Assembly (NCBI GenBank): GCA_964016885.1
Contig: OZ024744.1
Coordinates: 28,458,001 to 28,522,000, forward strand
Source of the DNA: Eledone cirrhosa
Taxonomy: Eukaryota
Direction of reading: 5' to 3'
Length of the DNA: 64,000 bases
Below are positions 14,044 through 27,749 of the stretch, in pieces. Position numbers and translations under genes: made by a program. The notes beneath the pieces are model-generated. The model had not been told where the DNA came from. It saw nothing but the letters and a program-made list of their open reading frames with translations, and made no database searches. Position 1 is the stretch's first letter. The number at the start of each line of letters is the position of its first letter.

Positions 14044-14075
<32 letters not shown>

Positions 14076-14086
14076 TGTATATATAC

Positions 14087-14129
<43 letters not shown>

Positions 14130-15284
14130 CACACGTATATATACATGTGTGTGTGTATATATATATATACACACCCATACACACACATATACACACACAC
14201 ACACACATATGTATATATATATACATGTATGCATACATGTATGAATGTATTTATATATACATATGTATGTATGTATGCGTGTGTGTATGTGTGTGCATAT
14301 GAGTGTGTGTATATGTTTATGTGTGTATGTGAGTGTATATGTGTATGTATGTGTGTGTGTGTATGTGTGTATATAGGTGTGTATGTTTAGGTGTGTGTGT
14401 ATGTGTGTGCACAAAAAAGAGAGAATAAATGAGGGAGGGGCTGAATATTTTATTAATATTGTCGAGTGAAAACTGGGAGATGTTTATTGAAGAGAAACGA
14501 AATGAGGGGGAAAATGATATGAACGTATAAGTGTGTGGTAATAAACAGACACACACACACACACACATACATGCACATATACACATACATAAACACTCAT
14601 ACATACACACAGACATATACACACATGCACACGCATATATATATACGCATAAATATACGCACATACATACACACACATACACATATACACACATACATAC
14701 ATACATACACACACACATACACACACATGCACATCTACACACATAATACAAAGAAACATATACACACGTACACATATACATACATATACACACGTACACA
14801 TATACATACATATACACACATGCACACGCATATATATATATATATACGCATACATACGCACACATACAATACGTACACACACACATCGATATACACACAT
14901 GCACAAGCATATATATATATATATATACACATACATATACGCACATACATACACACATACATATATACACACATACATATGCACATACATATATTCACAT
15001 GCACATGCATATACATACACATACATATACGCACAGACATACACACAAACATATATACACACACACATATATATATATATATATACACACGTACACACAC
15101 ATATACGTTTACACACATGCACATTTATATACACATACATCTCCGTACATACACCCAATACACATATACACTCATACATATACACACATATATATATATA
15201 CACTTATACACATATACATACACACATATACGCACGTACACATACATATATACTCATATATATATATACACATATATACATATA

Positions 15285-15314
<30 letters not shown>
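14036..15314. repeat. Degenerate (TA)/(CA)/(TG) microsatellite field
   Basis: Direct reading. Confidence 0.95.
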
Positions 15315-15316
<2 letters not shown>

Positions 15317-15623
15317 AATTCAAAATATTTAAAAAATAGAACTTCTTGTGATCAAGTATATTTTATTATACATATTTCAGAGGTACTGAGCTAACTTCAA
15401 CGGTACGTCCTCATCAGATAAAATAAGATGATGCATGACATACCCTGACATAGTAGATGGTTAAGATCCAGTAATAAAAATATACTTGATCACAAGAAGT
15501 TCTATTTTTGTCAATATTTTGAATTAATATTAATAACTCCGGCAAACCACCACTGTGGAGTGCTTCGAATCTATTGAGAAACTCATTCTTTGATTTATTT
15601 ATTGAACCTTGTTCAACCTTTAA
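15313..15623 (-). mobile_element. Short AT-rich Penelope-like terminal (pLTR) unit with hammerhead motif; inverted partner of 15851-16158
   Basis: Reverse complement of 15851-16158; internal ~45-bp inverted repeats. Confidence 0.7.
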
Positions 15624-15640
15624 ATATATATATATATATA

Positions 15641-15830
15641 TAGGAAGGAGTAGGACCCCGACGGCTGAGCTCAAGCCGTTTCGACGGCTAATTCTGGAAT
15701 TAGCCGTCGAAACGGCTTGAGCTCAGCCGCCGGGGTCCTACTCGTTCCTATTACCCAATCTAATACCCTAAGTATTGAGTACTTTGGTGCGTTATGGTCC
15801 ACATGGTTCCTTACCACATTTCCATCGTTA
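15641..15830 (+). mobile_element. Foldback mini-copy of the Naiad-like pLTR 3' end, inserted in (TA)n
   Basis: Palindrome centred ~15695; arm matches 34845-34975 and 33370-33520. Confidence 0.75.
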
Positions 15831-15850
15831 TATATATATATATTTTTTTT

Positions 15851-16158
15851 TTAAAGGTTGAACAAGGTTCAATGAATAAATCAAAGAATGTTTTACAATA
15901 GATTGGAAGCACTCAATAGATGGTTTTCCGGTGTTATTAATATTAATTCAAAATATTAACAAAAATAGAACTTCTTGTGATCAAGTATATTTTTATTACT
16001 GGATCTTAACCATCTACTATGTCAGGGTATGTTATGCATCATCTTATTTTATCTGATGAGGACGTACCGTTGAAGTTAGCTCAGTACCTCTGAAATATGT
16101 ATAATAAAATATACTTGATCACAAGAAGTTCTATTTTTGTTAATATTTTGAATTAATA
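15851..16158 (+). mobile_element. Short AT-rich Penelope-like pLTR unit with hammerhead motif
   Basis: Contains CTGATGA...GAAA; flanked by (TA)n. Confidence 0.7.
16045..16111 (+). ncRNA. Minimal type I hammerhead ribozyme motif (mirror copy on the minus strand at ~15360-15426)
   Basis: Stem I TATTTTAT/ATAAAATA; core CTGATGA 16053-16059; stem II GTAC..GTAC; GAAA 16092-16095; minimal stem III. Confidence 0.75.
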
Positions 16159-17769
16159 TATATATATATATATATATATACGATATTAATAAATGGAAAC
16201 TATATTTATAAAACCATATTTATTTCATTATACATATTTCAGGGATACCAAATTAAAATATGGTATACCTTCATCAGACAAAATACAATATATAAACAGT
16301 TTTATAAATAATTTTGACGTACCCTATTAAATGCAACCATTATTTTTGGAAGCTGTCTGGATAGTGAAATGTTTATATTATTTTATTAGTTATAGTGTTA
16401 AGCACAATTAGAAAAAGACGGAGAGAAAGAAAGAAAAAAAGAAAAAAAGACGGAGAGAGAGGAGAGAGAAAGTAGGAGAGAGAGAAAAAGAAAACCTGGA
16501 TAAATATCGGAGAGGGAGAGAAATGTATGTAGAAAAGAAAGAGATAAATAGATAGGAGGAAATAAAAAAGAAAGAAAAATGAAGAAAAAAGAAAAACAAA
16601 GGAAAGCAACAGAGAGATAATACATCATACAGATAGAAAAACTCAAGAGAGAGAAAATACTATATAGAGAGAGGGGGAGATAGTGACAACTTTACGTCAT
16701 GTCATATTAAGTTGAGTTAACAATTTATATGAAATGAATAATAAAAATATAAATATCAATATTCATGAATGGGACATAGATATATAATATGAGAAAATAA
16801 CATTGTTCAATAATGACCATATGTTTAGTTTAAAGACTTGAGATCAATATACCAAAATCTGATTTAAATCTTTCAAAAAGTACCCTATTTATAAAAATCA
16901 GGATACAAATATGTATATATATATACACACATATGTACGTCCTGAAAATAGAAATTATGTCTACTCAAGCCAATAATATAGACACACAAAGCGCAAATGA
17001 TTTCACTTGATCACTGCTATACACTCCTTGTGTTATAAAAAGTTCACAGTATATATACATAAATATACGATTAATATTCATGTCCTCATATATACGATTA
17101 CCGTTCATGTATTTAATATTATGCATATCTGCAACATACATCACATATACACCCACACATATATACACATACATATGTATAAAGAAATATCTGCGTGAGT
17201 CCTCCAGCATCGCTCATGTATATATACAGACATATATACAAACACATAAATAGACCCTATAACACTTTTATATGCATGTTAATACACACATATGGCATTT
17301 GTATAGAGATAATCAAATATCAATATATTAATATAGAAATATCAAAGCATTAAATATCTTTAAAACACTATAGAGTATCTCAAGTTAAAATAATATGTTT
17401 TATATATTTAGTATAGAAATTTATCCTACCTATATCTCAAACAAGATATTGAAAGGGTAGACTCATGAAAGTTATTAGAAGCTATCGGAGTCAAAACAAA
17501 TAAAAAATAAAAATAATTTAAAAGATTTATAAGACCCAGTGATTCTACGGATAACCTTATATTTAGTATAGAAATTTATCTTACGTATATTTTATTTAAT
17601 ACATTGAGAGCATATACATTTTAGAGTAGTTTATTATATCCTTGTTTATATTTAGGAAGAAAGTTTAAAATGAAAAAGGTGAAGGAATCTAATGATTCAT
17701 CGACAGGCTTCATATATTAACTAAATTTCTTAATTAATTATACTACATTTTAAATTTATATTTATATTT

Positions 17770-18345
17770 AAACGTTGAGTTCAATCTATGTCTGCAGCAA
17801 CTGAATAAATTGCTCCTTAAATTAAGGGAATTTTTGGATTTTAATATAAAGAATATTTCTTCTATACAAAGATCACAATTTTCTGAAGAGGAAGTAAAAG
17901 GAGTAGCTTATGAAATAATATTCCAATTCATCGAATATTTAATATTATCTCGTTTAAGGTGCCAGAGTAGGCTAGATAGCGAAGTTGAAGATTTTTTGTT
18001 TGGATCTGTGAAAGAATTCTTATGATTATTGAAGCGAAGTTTAAATTCTGTCGAGGTGGAACCAACATAGTTGAAAGAATTTAAATTAGTTTTAACATTA
18101 CAATTGTACACTACATTTTTAGCTAAGCAGTTGTTATTTAACGGACAGTTAGATTTATTTCTACAGTTACAGTTATTTAATTGAATATTGTTTGGGTTAT
18201 TATTGGTATTTTGGTTAGGTTTTAAATTCCTATTATTAATTCTATTAATATTTTGTGCTAAATTTTTGGTGGACGAGTAAGTTAATTTTATAGTGTGTCT
18301 ATTAAAAATTGAGTAATATTTGTGTTCTAGGGAAGCGTTTGTGAA
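17770..18345 (-). pseudogene. PLE C-terminal GIY-YIG endonuclease with Cys motifs; premature TAA at ~17908
   Basis: IFNRHTIKLTYS...CNCRNKSNCPLNNNCL..NVVY...YVGST..FKLRFNNH...CDLCIEE...CCRHR. Confidence 0.88.
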
Positions 18346-18757
18346 GAGCATTAAAGAATAGTTTAACAATATGGGTTTTTTCTTTTTTTTTTCTTTTTTT
18401 TCTTTTTTTCTTTTTTTCTTTTTTTCTTCTTTTTCTTCTTCTTTTTTTTCTTTTATTTCTTTTATTTCTTTTTTTCTTTTTTCATTTTTTCTTTTTTTCT
18501 TTTTTTCTTTTTTTCTTTTTTTCTTTTTTTCTTTTTTTCTTTTTTTCTTTTTTCTTTTTTTCTTTTTTTCTTTTTTTCTTTTTTTCTTTTTTTCTTTTTT
18601 TCTTTTTTTCTTTCTTTCTCTCCGTCCTTTTCTAATTGTGCTTAACACTATAACTAATAAAATAATATAAACATTTCACTATCCAGACAGCTTCCAAAAA
18701 TAATGGTTGCATTTAATAGGGTACGTCAAAATTATTTATAAAACTGTTTATATATTG

Positions 18758-18822
18758 TATTTTGTCTGATGAAGGCATACCATATTTTAATTTGGTATCC
18801 CTGAAATATGTATAATGAAATA
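18758..18822 (+). ncRNA. Minimal hammerhead ribozyme motif (mirror copy at ~16222-16286, minus strand)
   Basis: TATTTTGT-CTGATGA-AGGCATACCA..TGGTATCCCT-GAAA-TATGTATA-ATGAAATA. Confidence 0.75.
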
Positions 18823-18949
18823 TATATAGTTTTATAAATATAGTTTCCATTTATTAATATCGTATATCTACTCCAAAAATTTGTCGAGTGCTTTATATCA
18901 GTTATAAAATATTTACTTGTTGTATCCCAACAATTTTAAATAGAACTTT

Positions 18950-18950
<1 letters not shown>

Positions 18951-19020
<70 letters not shown>

Positions 19021-19462
19021 ATGTATATATATATATGAGTATATATGTATGTGTACGTGCATATATGTGTGTATGTATATGTGTATAAGTGTGTATATAT
19101 ATATATATATGTGTGTATATGTATGAGTGTATATGTGTATGTGGGTGTATGTACGTATATGTATGTGTATATATGTGTGCATGTATGTATGTGTATGTAT
19201 ATGCATGGATGGTGTATATATGTATGTTTATATGTATGTATGTATATATGTATTTATATATGTATGTATGTGTGTATGTATATGTATGTATTTATACATT
19301 TATATGTATGTATGTATGCATATGTATATATGTATGTATGTATATATGTATGTATATATGCATATGTATATATGTATGTATTGTATGTATTTATGTATCT
19401 ATGTATATATATATCTATGTATGCATATGTATGCATATTTATGTATGTATATATGTGTATGT
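18951..19462. repeat. (TA)/(TG)/(TATG) microsatellite field
   Basis: Direct reading. Confidence 0.95.
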
Positions 19463-19779
19463 TAGTTATAAAACGGAAAAAAGATTATAAACTTTGTTCC
19501 AGAAAATATTTGAATATGATGAACTTTCATTTTAGTTATATAATTATTTATTTTATTTTTTAGCGCAAACCTAAAAAGGAATATGCATTACAGAATAAAG
19601 AGTTCACAACCACGAAGTACGCGATTAGACCCAACAGCGCGGCACCTTGTCCAAATGTTTTCTACTATACAGCCTCAGATTGGACATTATGGACAACATT
19701 TGATGGAGGGAAACAAAACAGAAGCTTCTTCGACACACACACACAAATATATATATATGTGTGTGTGTTTATGTGTGTG

Positions 19780-19853
<74 letters not shown>

Positions 19854-20194
19854 GATTTTAAACGACAGACAGATAACGCATTTTTTGTGTTTTTCATGTC
19901 CATCCAATTTCTTTGTTTCAAAATAACTGATAGTTTGGTTACGCTGATGTTTTTCTCTGAGACAAGTGTTGCAGTGTTTACTTTTCGATTTTTTGTTAAT
20001 AGATTACCAGTGCAGTTTTTATCCCCAGCATCCTCTTTTGTTTTAACATTCGGGTTATGGTTATGTTTTCTTAACTTCATAATGCATACTGTTGGTTGAG
20101 GGAAAATTAATCAAAAGTACCACATGAAAGTCTACACTGTAGTCTCTACAGTTTTTAAGCCAAGAAATGAACTTAACATTGTAACTTTAACACA

Positions 20195-20224
20195 GCTACC
20201 GAGCATGCCGGGCTTTACTGCTAG
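20195..20224 (+). mobile_element. Helitron-like 3' terminus
   Basis: GC-rich hairpin CCGAGCATGCCGGG followed by CTAG|T; 5' extent unknown. Confidence 0.5.
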
Positions 20225-20564
20225 TATTTATTAAAATAACAGATTAAAGTTTAAGCAAAGAATCGCTGCTTTTACCCTTAACGGGATCTGCTGAAACTAA
20301 AAAAAATCAATCTGTGAACGCAGAAATAAATATTTCGAAAAACGTTGCAACCGAAGGAAAACGGGAAGGCGATACTTTGGTTCGTGGAAACGTTCCCTGG
20401 CAAATAACGAAAAAAAAACGAATATAATACGTCATTATTTGGTGCAGTGAAAACAATTACACGCAAAGACAACACCACGTTAATGGTATAAATGATGACG
20501 TAGACTAATATTCTATTAGGAAACCGAATAATTCTCGGCTTCAGAGTTAAGAATAATTAAGAAT

Positions 20565-20751
20565 AATTGTTTCTACTTTAGGCACAAGGCCAGCAATTAC
20601 CCAGTGCATTACTGGTACTTTATTTTATTGACCCCGTAAGGATGAAAGGCAAAGTAAACTTCGGCGGGATTTGAACTCAGACCGTAAAGGGACGTAACTA
20701 TGCTGGAAAGCATGGCGTCCGACTCTCTACCGATACTGCCAATCCACCACC
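20565..20751 (-). mobile_element. tRNA-derived SINE (resembles octopus OK/OR SINEs)
   Basis: A box TGGCAGTATCGG; B box GAGTTCAAATCC; 3' end CCTTGTGCCTAAAGTAGAAACAATT; several copies in the window. Confidence 0.85.
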
Positions 20752-21388
20752 GGTCTAGAATAATTAAGAATAATGTAGATAAATTAGTAGAACGAAAATG
20801 AAGGAGTTTATATACGTACATACACGTGCATACGCAAAGCACCCGCCATGCATGCATAACATGCACGTATACATAAACACACGCACACATACATAAATCC
20901 GCGCGACACCTGTACCCGCACACATACGAACGTATACACCAAATACACATTAAAAAATATATATATATATGTATGTGTGTGTATGTATATACATATAATA
21001 ATATAAACGTATATAAATATACACACATAAATACGTATATAACGCACGCACACACATACCTACAGGTAAATACACATGTTCACCAAACGTACGTCAACCA
21101 AAACACAATGTACACATATACACACCTGACATACGTGCAAACACGCATAAACGCATACGCACACATATACACATAACCATATACACATATACACATAACC
21201 ATATACACATATACCAGTATATACAATATATACACCTATAACAAATAAAGCATATATACGTACGAAAAAGTATACGTATTTTCACAAAACATACGGGTAA
21301 TATATACTTACCTATACAAATAATTAATGGTATAAACATAAAAGCTACCACATCAAGACGTAAGTAATGTATCCGCGTATTGTTCGTA

Positions 21389-21610
21389 CTATCCGTTAGG
21401 GTATAATGTGGGGCTGTAATACAGGAAAGTTTTATGCAATTTGTGTTTACAAGCCGAAATTGCCTCAGATTTTTTGTTGAAGTTGTGGTCATTGGCGTAG
21501 AGTATTTCCAGGGCTTCAGTAACGCAAAGATCGCATGGTCTTTTATTTCTGTTATACGATCCATGTTGCTGGGAGCAGGGCAATCCGCCACAAGATTAGC
21601 ATTATGCAAT
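21389..21610 (-). mobile_element. PLE GIY-YIG C-terminal remnant
   Basis: RPCDLCVTEALEIL...NKKSEAISACKHK. Confidence 0.7.
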
Positions 21611-21629
21611 CATCATTTTCCTTTACAAG

Positions 21630-21860
21630 AACAAAGTGGAAAAGTTAGACTGCTCAAATTACCGGGGGTACTACAGTCCTCTCTGTCACGAGAAAAATCC
21701 ACGCAAGGATGCTGCTAAGCATGCTGTTACCTACCATCGCAGAGGAACACCTCCCAGGGAGCCAGTGTGGCTTTAGTGTCGACAGGAGCACCACAGACAT
21801 GGTGTTTGTTGTTAAGCAAATCCAAGAGAAGTGCCTAGAGCAAAATAAAGATGGTGACAT
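21630..21860 (+). mobile_element. RTE-type RT fragment
   Basis: EEHLPGSQCGF..RSTTDMVFVVKQIQEKCLEQNK. Confidence 0.75.
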
Positions 21861-22524
21861 AAACCTGTTATTTTTTCTCCAAAAAATCTTTTTCCGTTTC
21901 CGTGACTTTCCGTCTCCTCAGTCTTTTATTCTATTTTCTGAAGAAGAACGAGCGTCCGAAATGTCACGACTCTTAAACGTGAGCATCATGGATGTGGCTT
22001 GTTAGCCCTGCTAGGGACTTGCCTATGGCCAGTAATACCATGCATCGCAAAAAAGTGCCACGTATCAAGCAATGCCTGTGTTTGAAGCTTTATTAAGTGA
22101 GGAAAGGCTTTGCACGGGGCCAATCCCACTATTTGAACATCGAATACATTTATCTAAAAAGAAGAACTGGTCTACATCATTGGATGCAAATGAAGTCGCA
22201 GGTTTTATATCAGAGTGACCATCTATTTAAGTGATGTCTTAATGAAGACTAGGAGTCTCTCGCTCCATAGGAAAATAAAACTTTATTGGATAGTCGTACT
22301 TTTCTAAAAAAATATATCACACAAAACGCCACCATCAACAATTTTGAAAGATATGTCAACATGAAAGGACCTGTTATTTTTTTCTGGAGACATTTTTTCC
22401 AATTCCAACACGCCCGTCCCTTCAATCTCCCATCTTTCTCTTTCTTTCCTCTGATGAAGGATTAGCGTCCAAAACATTAAACCCTTTCCTCTGTGTGTGT
22501 GTGTATGTGAGTGTATATATGTAT

Positions 22525-22575
<51 letters not shown>

Positions 22576-22576
22576 G

Positions 22577-22643
<67 letters not shown>

Positions 22644-22879
22644 TGTGTGTGTGTGTGAGTATATCTATCTACCTGTATATTTCAGTTGATGAAAGTTGGT
22701 TGATCAAATAATTTACCGACGTTTTCGTGAACAGACATAAAGCACTCAACGATTTGTATTCCTTAGGATTTTCTTTGTTTGGTATCAACAGGAGTTTTAA
22801 TATGATAAATAAAAGAAACAGTTTTATTCGTACATTTTATTAAATAATTCCATTATGCATATTTCAAAAATGCATGTAT

Positions 22880-22980
22880 GTGTATATGGTATGGGCATGT
22901 GATGCGCATGGAGGATGACCGGTGGGTAAAGAAGTGCCAAGAAATCCCAGTGGAAAGAAGATGCAGTAAGGGAAGACCAA
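22880..22980 (+). mobile_element. RTE-type LINE 3' fragment
   Basis: WYGHVMRMEDDRWVKK...GRP. Confidence 0.6.
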
Positions 22981-22984
22981 CATT

Positions 22985-25900
22985 CCAGTTGCCAGTCACC
23001 CAGTCTCGGTCTCTTCTTGACCCAGGATTGCAACTCAGTCAAAGAAACGAGCTGCGGAAAGACTCGTCTGATAAACGGCGTTCACACCTGTTCACCGTTT
23101 AGGCAGAATATCTGGAGATGCCGCAGCCTCAGCGTATGTCTGCGCATCATTAGCCACGGCATACCCAGCCCTGTGCGTAGATGGACCACCTCACCAACGA
23201 AACTTGTCCTCTCCCCAAGAATTTGAAGAGGAGCCGTTCCAACTTGTCGAGGCGCGGACGGGGGCAAGGCACGATGGTCAGGCAGTTGTAGATGACGGAC
23301 GCGATGTACGCATTCGCCACCTCCACGCGACCTTTCAGTGATAGCTTCCTCCCAGCCCATTTTGGGTTGAGACTGGCTACCCTGCTCGTTACCTCGTCCC
23401 AATTCTTTTCCATCTGGAGGTCTGGTCCGAACTAAACGCGAGCAACTTTAACGGTCCATCCGTCCAACGCCCCACGACGCTGTTGGACGGCATGGAGTTG
23501 TCTTTCCAGGTTCCGAGTTGCAAGCCCTCCAACTTTTTCGGGTTAAGTTTCGCTCCTGTCAACCTTTCATATTCCTTCAATAAAGTGCCGACCACCTTGA
23601 TTTCTGAGGTGTCCGACACCATTACGGTGATGTCTTCCGCATAAGCCGACACCGCCTTTCCACGTTCCAGTTCGAGTGGGATGCTCTGCACCATCTCTAG
23701 CTTCCGCAGTAAAGGCTCGAGAGTCAATACGTACAGAAAGGAAGAGAGAGGGCACCCTTGACGGACCGATCGCGCGAGCCGAAATGGTTCCGAGAGGTGG
23801 CCATTAACCTTGACCACCGAGCGTGTGCCGCTGTGCATTGCAGCGATCCAGCTTCTGAAGACAGGGCCGAAACCAGCTGCCTTGGAGACAGCCTCCAGAT
23901 ACCGATGGTCGACTCTATCGAATGCTTTCGATTGATCTAAATTGATCAGTGTCCTACCGAAGACAGGTTTACACCTTGCTCTCTCTCTCTGGTGTATCGC
24001 TTGAGGTGGACATTGTCGTGTATGGACCTGACTGTGATTGCGCAAGTTTACGCCTTCCCAACCAAATCCTCGATGACAAGCGCCAATCTCTTTGCTAACA
24101 CCTTGGCCAAAATCTTAAACTCTGTGTTGAGCAGAGTTATGGGCCTGTAATTGTCTATTGTATCCCTCTTGTTCTCGTCTTTCCTTATCATAGTCACCAC
24201 TCCCCTTTCACAGAACTGGGAATATTTCCATTCTGCTGCCAGTTGCAGTAGAGCGCTTCGAGGAGATCGGAGAACAAGTCTGGCATATTTACGTAAAGCT
24301 CGTAGGGCAAGCCATCCAAACCGGGTGACTTGCGCGTCAAGGTAGGGACTGAAATCTGCTACTCTCTCTGACTCGCCACTCTCCCCGAACATCCGAGCAA
24401 AGTGCTGGCGACAGGTCTCAGACATCCGCTTGGAATCGTTCATCTCGTGTTCGTCTCGGTCCGCCAAAGACGTAATTGTTGTTTTATTACCACGCTGCCC
24501 CTCCGCCACGCGGGCCCATCGAACAGCTCTGGTCCCCTCGTTTCTCAGCGCACGCGCCTTAGGTCTGACAATGCAACCTTCGTGTTTCGCATTGAAGAAA
24601 TGGTCTAATGCCATTCTCGCCGCTAGCACGTCAGTTGCAACGCCACTACAAATAGCCTTGTCTAACTTATCTACCAGCTCCTCCTCCTTTCTATTTTTCT
24701 CTAACGCTAGTTCTTTGCTGAACTCTATAGAAGTTACTCTAATCTCTCTTTTGAGAGACCCCCACCATTTGTTGTTGATGTTCCCCCCTATCAAGTTTGG
24801 CTTAACTAAATTGTTGACCTGGTCCCTGTAAGACTTATGTGCTGGAAATGACATGTTCAGCTTCCAGTAACCCGGTCCCAAAACTACGCGTTTTATCTAG
24901 GTCGGCCATTCAGATCACAAATTTGTGATCTGAATAGGCGACCGTTTTAAAACGTGGGCAGCCTACACTATTTCTATCTATTTTCCTAATGAAGATCCTG
25001 TCTATATACGATTTAGATGGTCCTAGAATGTTGGTCAATGTCCACACTGACGCATTGAAGAAATCTAGTCGGTACCTATCAACAGTTGGATCTGACCCCC
25101 GCTCCTATCACCTACTCCCACACAATCCCAGCGTGCGTCTAAGATGCCGTTCCAGTCCCCCACTATCATTAAAGGGCGAGACGTACCCAGAAAGGTTTCC
25201 AGCCGCCTAAAGAAGTTTGGTCCTCCGGCCCCAGTAGAGGTGTAGACGGCCAGCAGTCTAAAAGCACCACCTTCGCTACTGCTCACATCCAGGACCACCA
25301 ACTTACCGTCCAGGTCCAGGAAGATCGACCTTACATCGAGATCCAGAACTTTCCTAAACAGCACTGCCACGCCATCTCCCATTCCCGGCCTGATAACATA
25401 TGCAAAGATCTGATAGTCGTCGAAAATGGGGGCTAGTGCGCGCGTGTCGGAAATCCTCGAATTTCTTTGCAAGAATCGAGCGACATTCGCACCAGAAGCA
25501 AATCTTCTGGCACGCAATTCAAAGATTTCCTACTCTGTTTGAATGTCCTTGCTTCGTGCTAAGAGGGCCATCAATTTATCGTTGGCCGATCTGATAAGCA
25601 CGAAGTTTTTAATGTTTTCTTGGTGTGGTTTTATTTGTTTTCGTTTTGGTGACTGTGCTGGTGATGGTTTTGGTGGTGTTGTTTCGGGTATGTCTGTGTT
25701 TGTTGTAGGTGTGGTGTCAGCAATTTCAGGTGCCTGTGTGTTTATTTGTTCTTCTGTTTTACTAGGTTGTTTGCGTTTCGGGGATTGTGGGGGTGGTGTT
25801 GATGTTGATGTTGATGTTATTGGGGAAGTGTTTGCGTTGGCGGTGTCTGTATTTTTTGTTGTGTAAGTTTTTGCTGGGGATTTTTTGGTGAGTTTTCTCC

Positions 25901-27530
25901 TTTGTTTTTTTTGGCACTTTTGGGTTTTTCCTTCATCTTCACTGCTGGAAGACAAAGGGTCTGTGCCTATGAGTGTGTCTATGTCTTTGTGTGCATTTAC
26001 AGTTTTGTCTATGCGTATAATTGGATGGTAGGGGGAGTAGGAGAGCTTTCCTCGTTTTCTCCTTGGATTGGTTTCGGTGGTGGTCCGACTGTTTTTGATG
26101 TTGGTGGGGTTACCTGTGTCATTGTTGGTGTTGTTTTTGGTGGTGGTTGTGCAGCTTTCCGTGCTGACACTGGTGTTGCAACAAAGGAGGTTTGCGACCT
26201 CCTGCATTTTTGAGCTGAGGGCAGAAGGCTTGCAGAAGAGTTGCTTCCCCGCAGACGAAGCAGTGCGGCCTTCTTCCCTTAGTGATTAATTGGATTATTG
26301 CCTCGTCCTGCAGGCGGGCAAAATCTGGGATGTTGTTGATGTTCTCTGGTTTCATTTGGAGAAAAATCTCCAAATCCATTCCGGACCAGTATTCTCTCTC
26401 TGTCCTTTTGATATCCAGCAGGGTAGTGTCTGTCCCCTCCTTGATTACGCATCCAAGGAGCCACCGTATGTTCATTCATGGTGGAATCCTTGGAATGCGG
26501 ACCTTTACTATCCTTTTGCCCATGTAGGACGGGTGGATGATAATGCGTTCCGTTCTGCAAGGGGTCACCGAGTGTTTAATAGCAAGGGCCTCGGTTTTGG
26601 ACAGTACCGAGATGTTACCTAACTGCTTGGCCCTTGCTTTGTACTCGATGTCACTTCCGATGCACTTTAAAGCAGCCTCGACTTCTGCTTGGCGTGTTTG
26701 AACTGAAATACATCGAAAGTACACCGTCCTCCTTTTCATGGCTGCTATTGCCTCGTCCGGGATGGTCAGGTTTGCCCAGGACTTCTTTCGTTTAATTAAC
26801 CTCCACGCCTGGGCCAACTGTTGTTCCTTTTCGCTAATATCTACATTGAAGAAGTCCTTTGTTTTCACCGCGGCCGCTGCAAAGGTGGCGCCTCCGTTGT
26901 TCCTGTTGTTCCTGGTGTGGTCGTTCTTGTTGTTGTTGTTGGTGTTGTTGTTTTGTTTGTTGTTGCTGGTGCCAGCGCCATCAGTGTTTACATTGAGGCT
27001 GTCGGTGTTATTGTCGTTGTTCTGGGTTGTTGTTGTTGTGGTGGTGGTGATGGTGGTTGTTGTGGTGGTGGTGGTGGTGGCGGTGGTGCCGGTGCTGGTG
27101 CCGGTGATGTCGTTTGAGATGATATTGCCTCTATTACAGAAGGGAGCGGTTGTGATGGTTACTCTTGTATCCTGCCTCCACATCCAGTGGAGTGGACGAC
27201 AGGCATATCTGTAGTTGTAGTAGTAATCTTGGTGGGAACTATACTGGCTGTCTTTTAACTTTTGACCTGTACATTGTTTACCGTTTCAAGGTCGAACATT
27301 TCCATATTTTTGGTGGGGGAGCGATTTTTTTTTCAAAGGTTTTAAAGATAAATCTGAATATTCGGGCTTAAAGCTTGAATATTGAGAAGTCTCCCTCTCT
27401 TGGAACCAAGGTGGGTACCTTATGGTTCGTTATCGACAAAAAAACAAACAAAAAATGATAGTTTAAAACAGCTTAAAATTACGAACCTTTTTCCCCCGCA
27501 GACTTGTACGTCTTCACACATGTGCGGCCG
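22985..27530 (-). mobile_element. Tx1-clade copy G (distinct subfamily), degraded; 5'UTR, ORF1 (~27183-25530) and most of ORF2; 3' end lost
   Basis: ORF1 with decayed CCHC-like knuckle (GRRPHCFVC); ORF2 GPGYWKLN, YRPITLLNT, DQSKAFDRVDH, QGCPLS. Confidence 0.87.
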
Positions 27531-27749
27531 AGTATAAACGAAGTTGCAGCTGTAAGTAACAGATTCGGATCCGATTGAATGTCGAGACTGTCACAAAGCA
27601 CTTAATGATAAAGTAATTAATAAATTACTCCTCACAGTGAACACAATAAGTTAGGTAATAGTGACATAATGAATAATGTGACCAGAGGTATGTTGCCACA
27701 TTAATACTACAACAACGAAAAATACAGACAGGTTAAAGACGGCAGGTTA

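Larger units (their letters stand above)
16181..18940 (-). mobile_element. 5'-truncated Penelope-like element (Naiad-like) with an inverted terminal duplication
   Basis: GIY-YIG coding region at 17770-18345; 16181-16440 is the reverse complement of ~18600-18866; a hammerhead in each arm. Confidence 0.85.

Noticed and set aside
12408-15394. Poly-Cys/Leu/Val/Gly and YI/HT-rich ORFs
   Set aside because: Translations of microsatellites.
16440-17770. Selenoprotein or SECIS cargo, as reported for some Naiad elements
   Set aside because: No UGA-containing ORF or SECIS hairpin could be identified by eye in this AT-rich UTR.
18371-18648. Poly-Lys N-terminus on the GIY-YIG ORF
   Set aside because: An expanded T/C tract belonging to the inverted PLE end, fused by the inversion junction.
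19560-19735. Possible host exon after a T-rich TAG acceptor
   Set aside because: No downstream donor and no recognisable protein; it runs into microsatellite.
20565-20751. tRNA gene
   Set aside because: A and B boxes are present, but there is no cloverleaf and the multicopy 3' body indicates a SINE.
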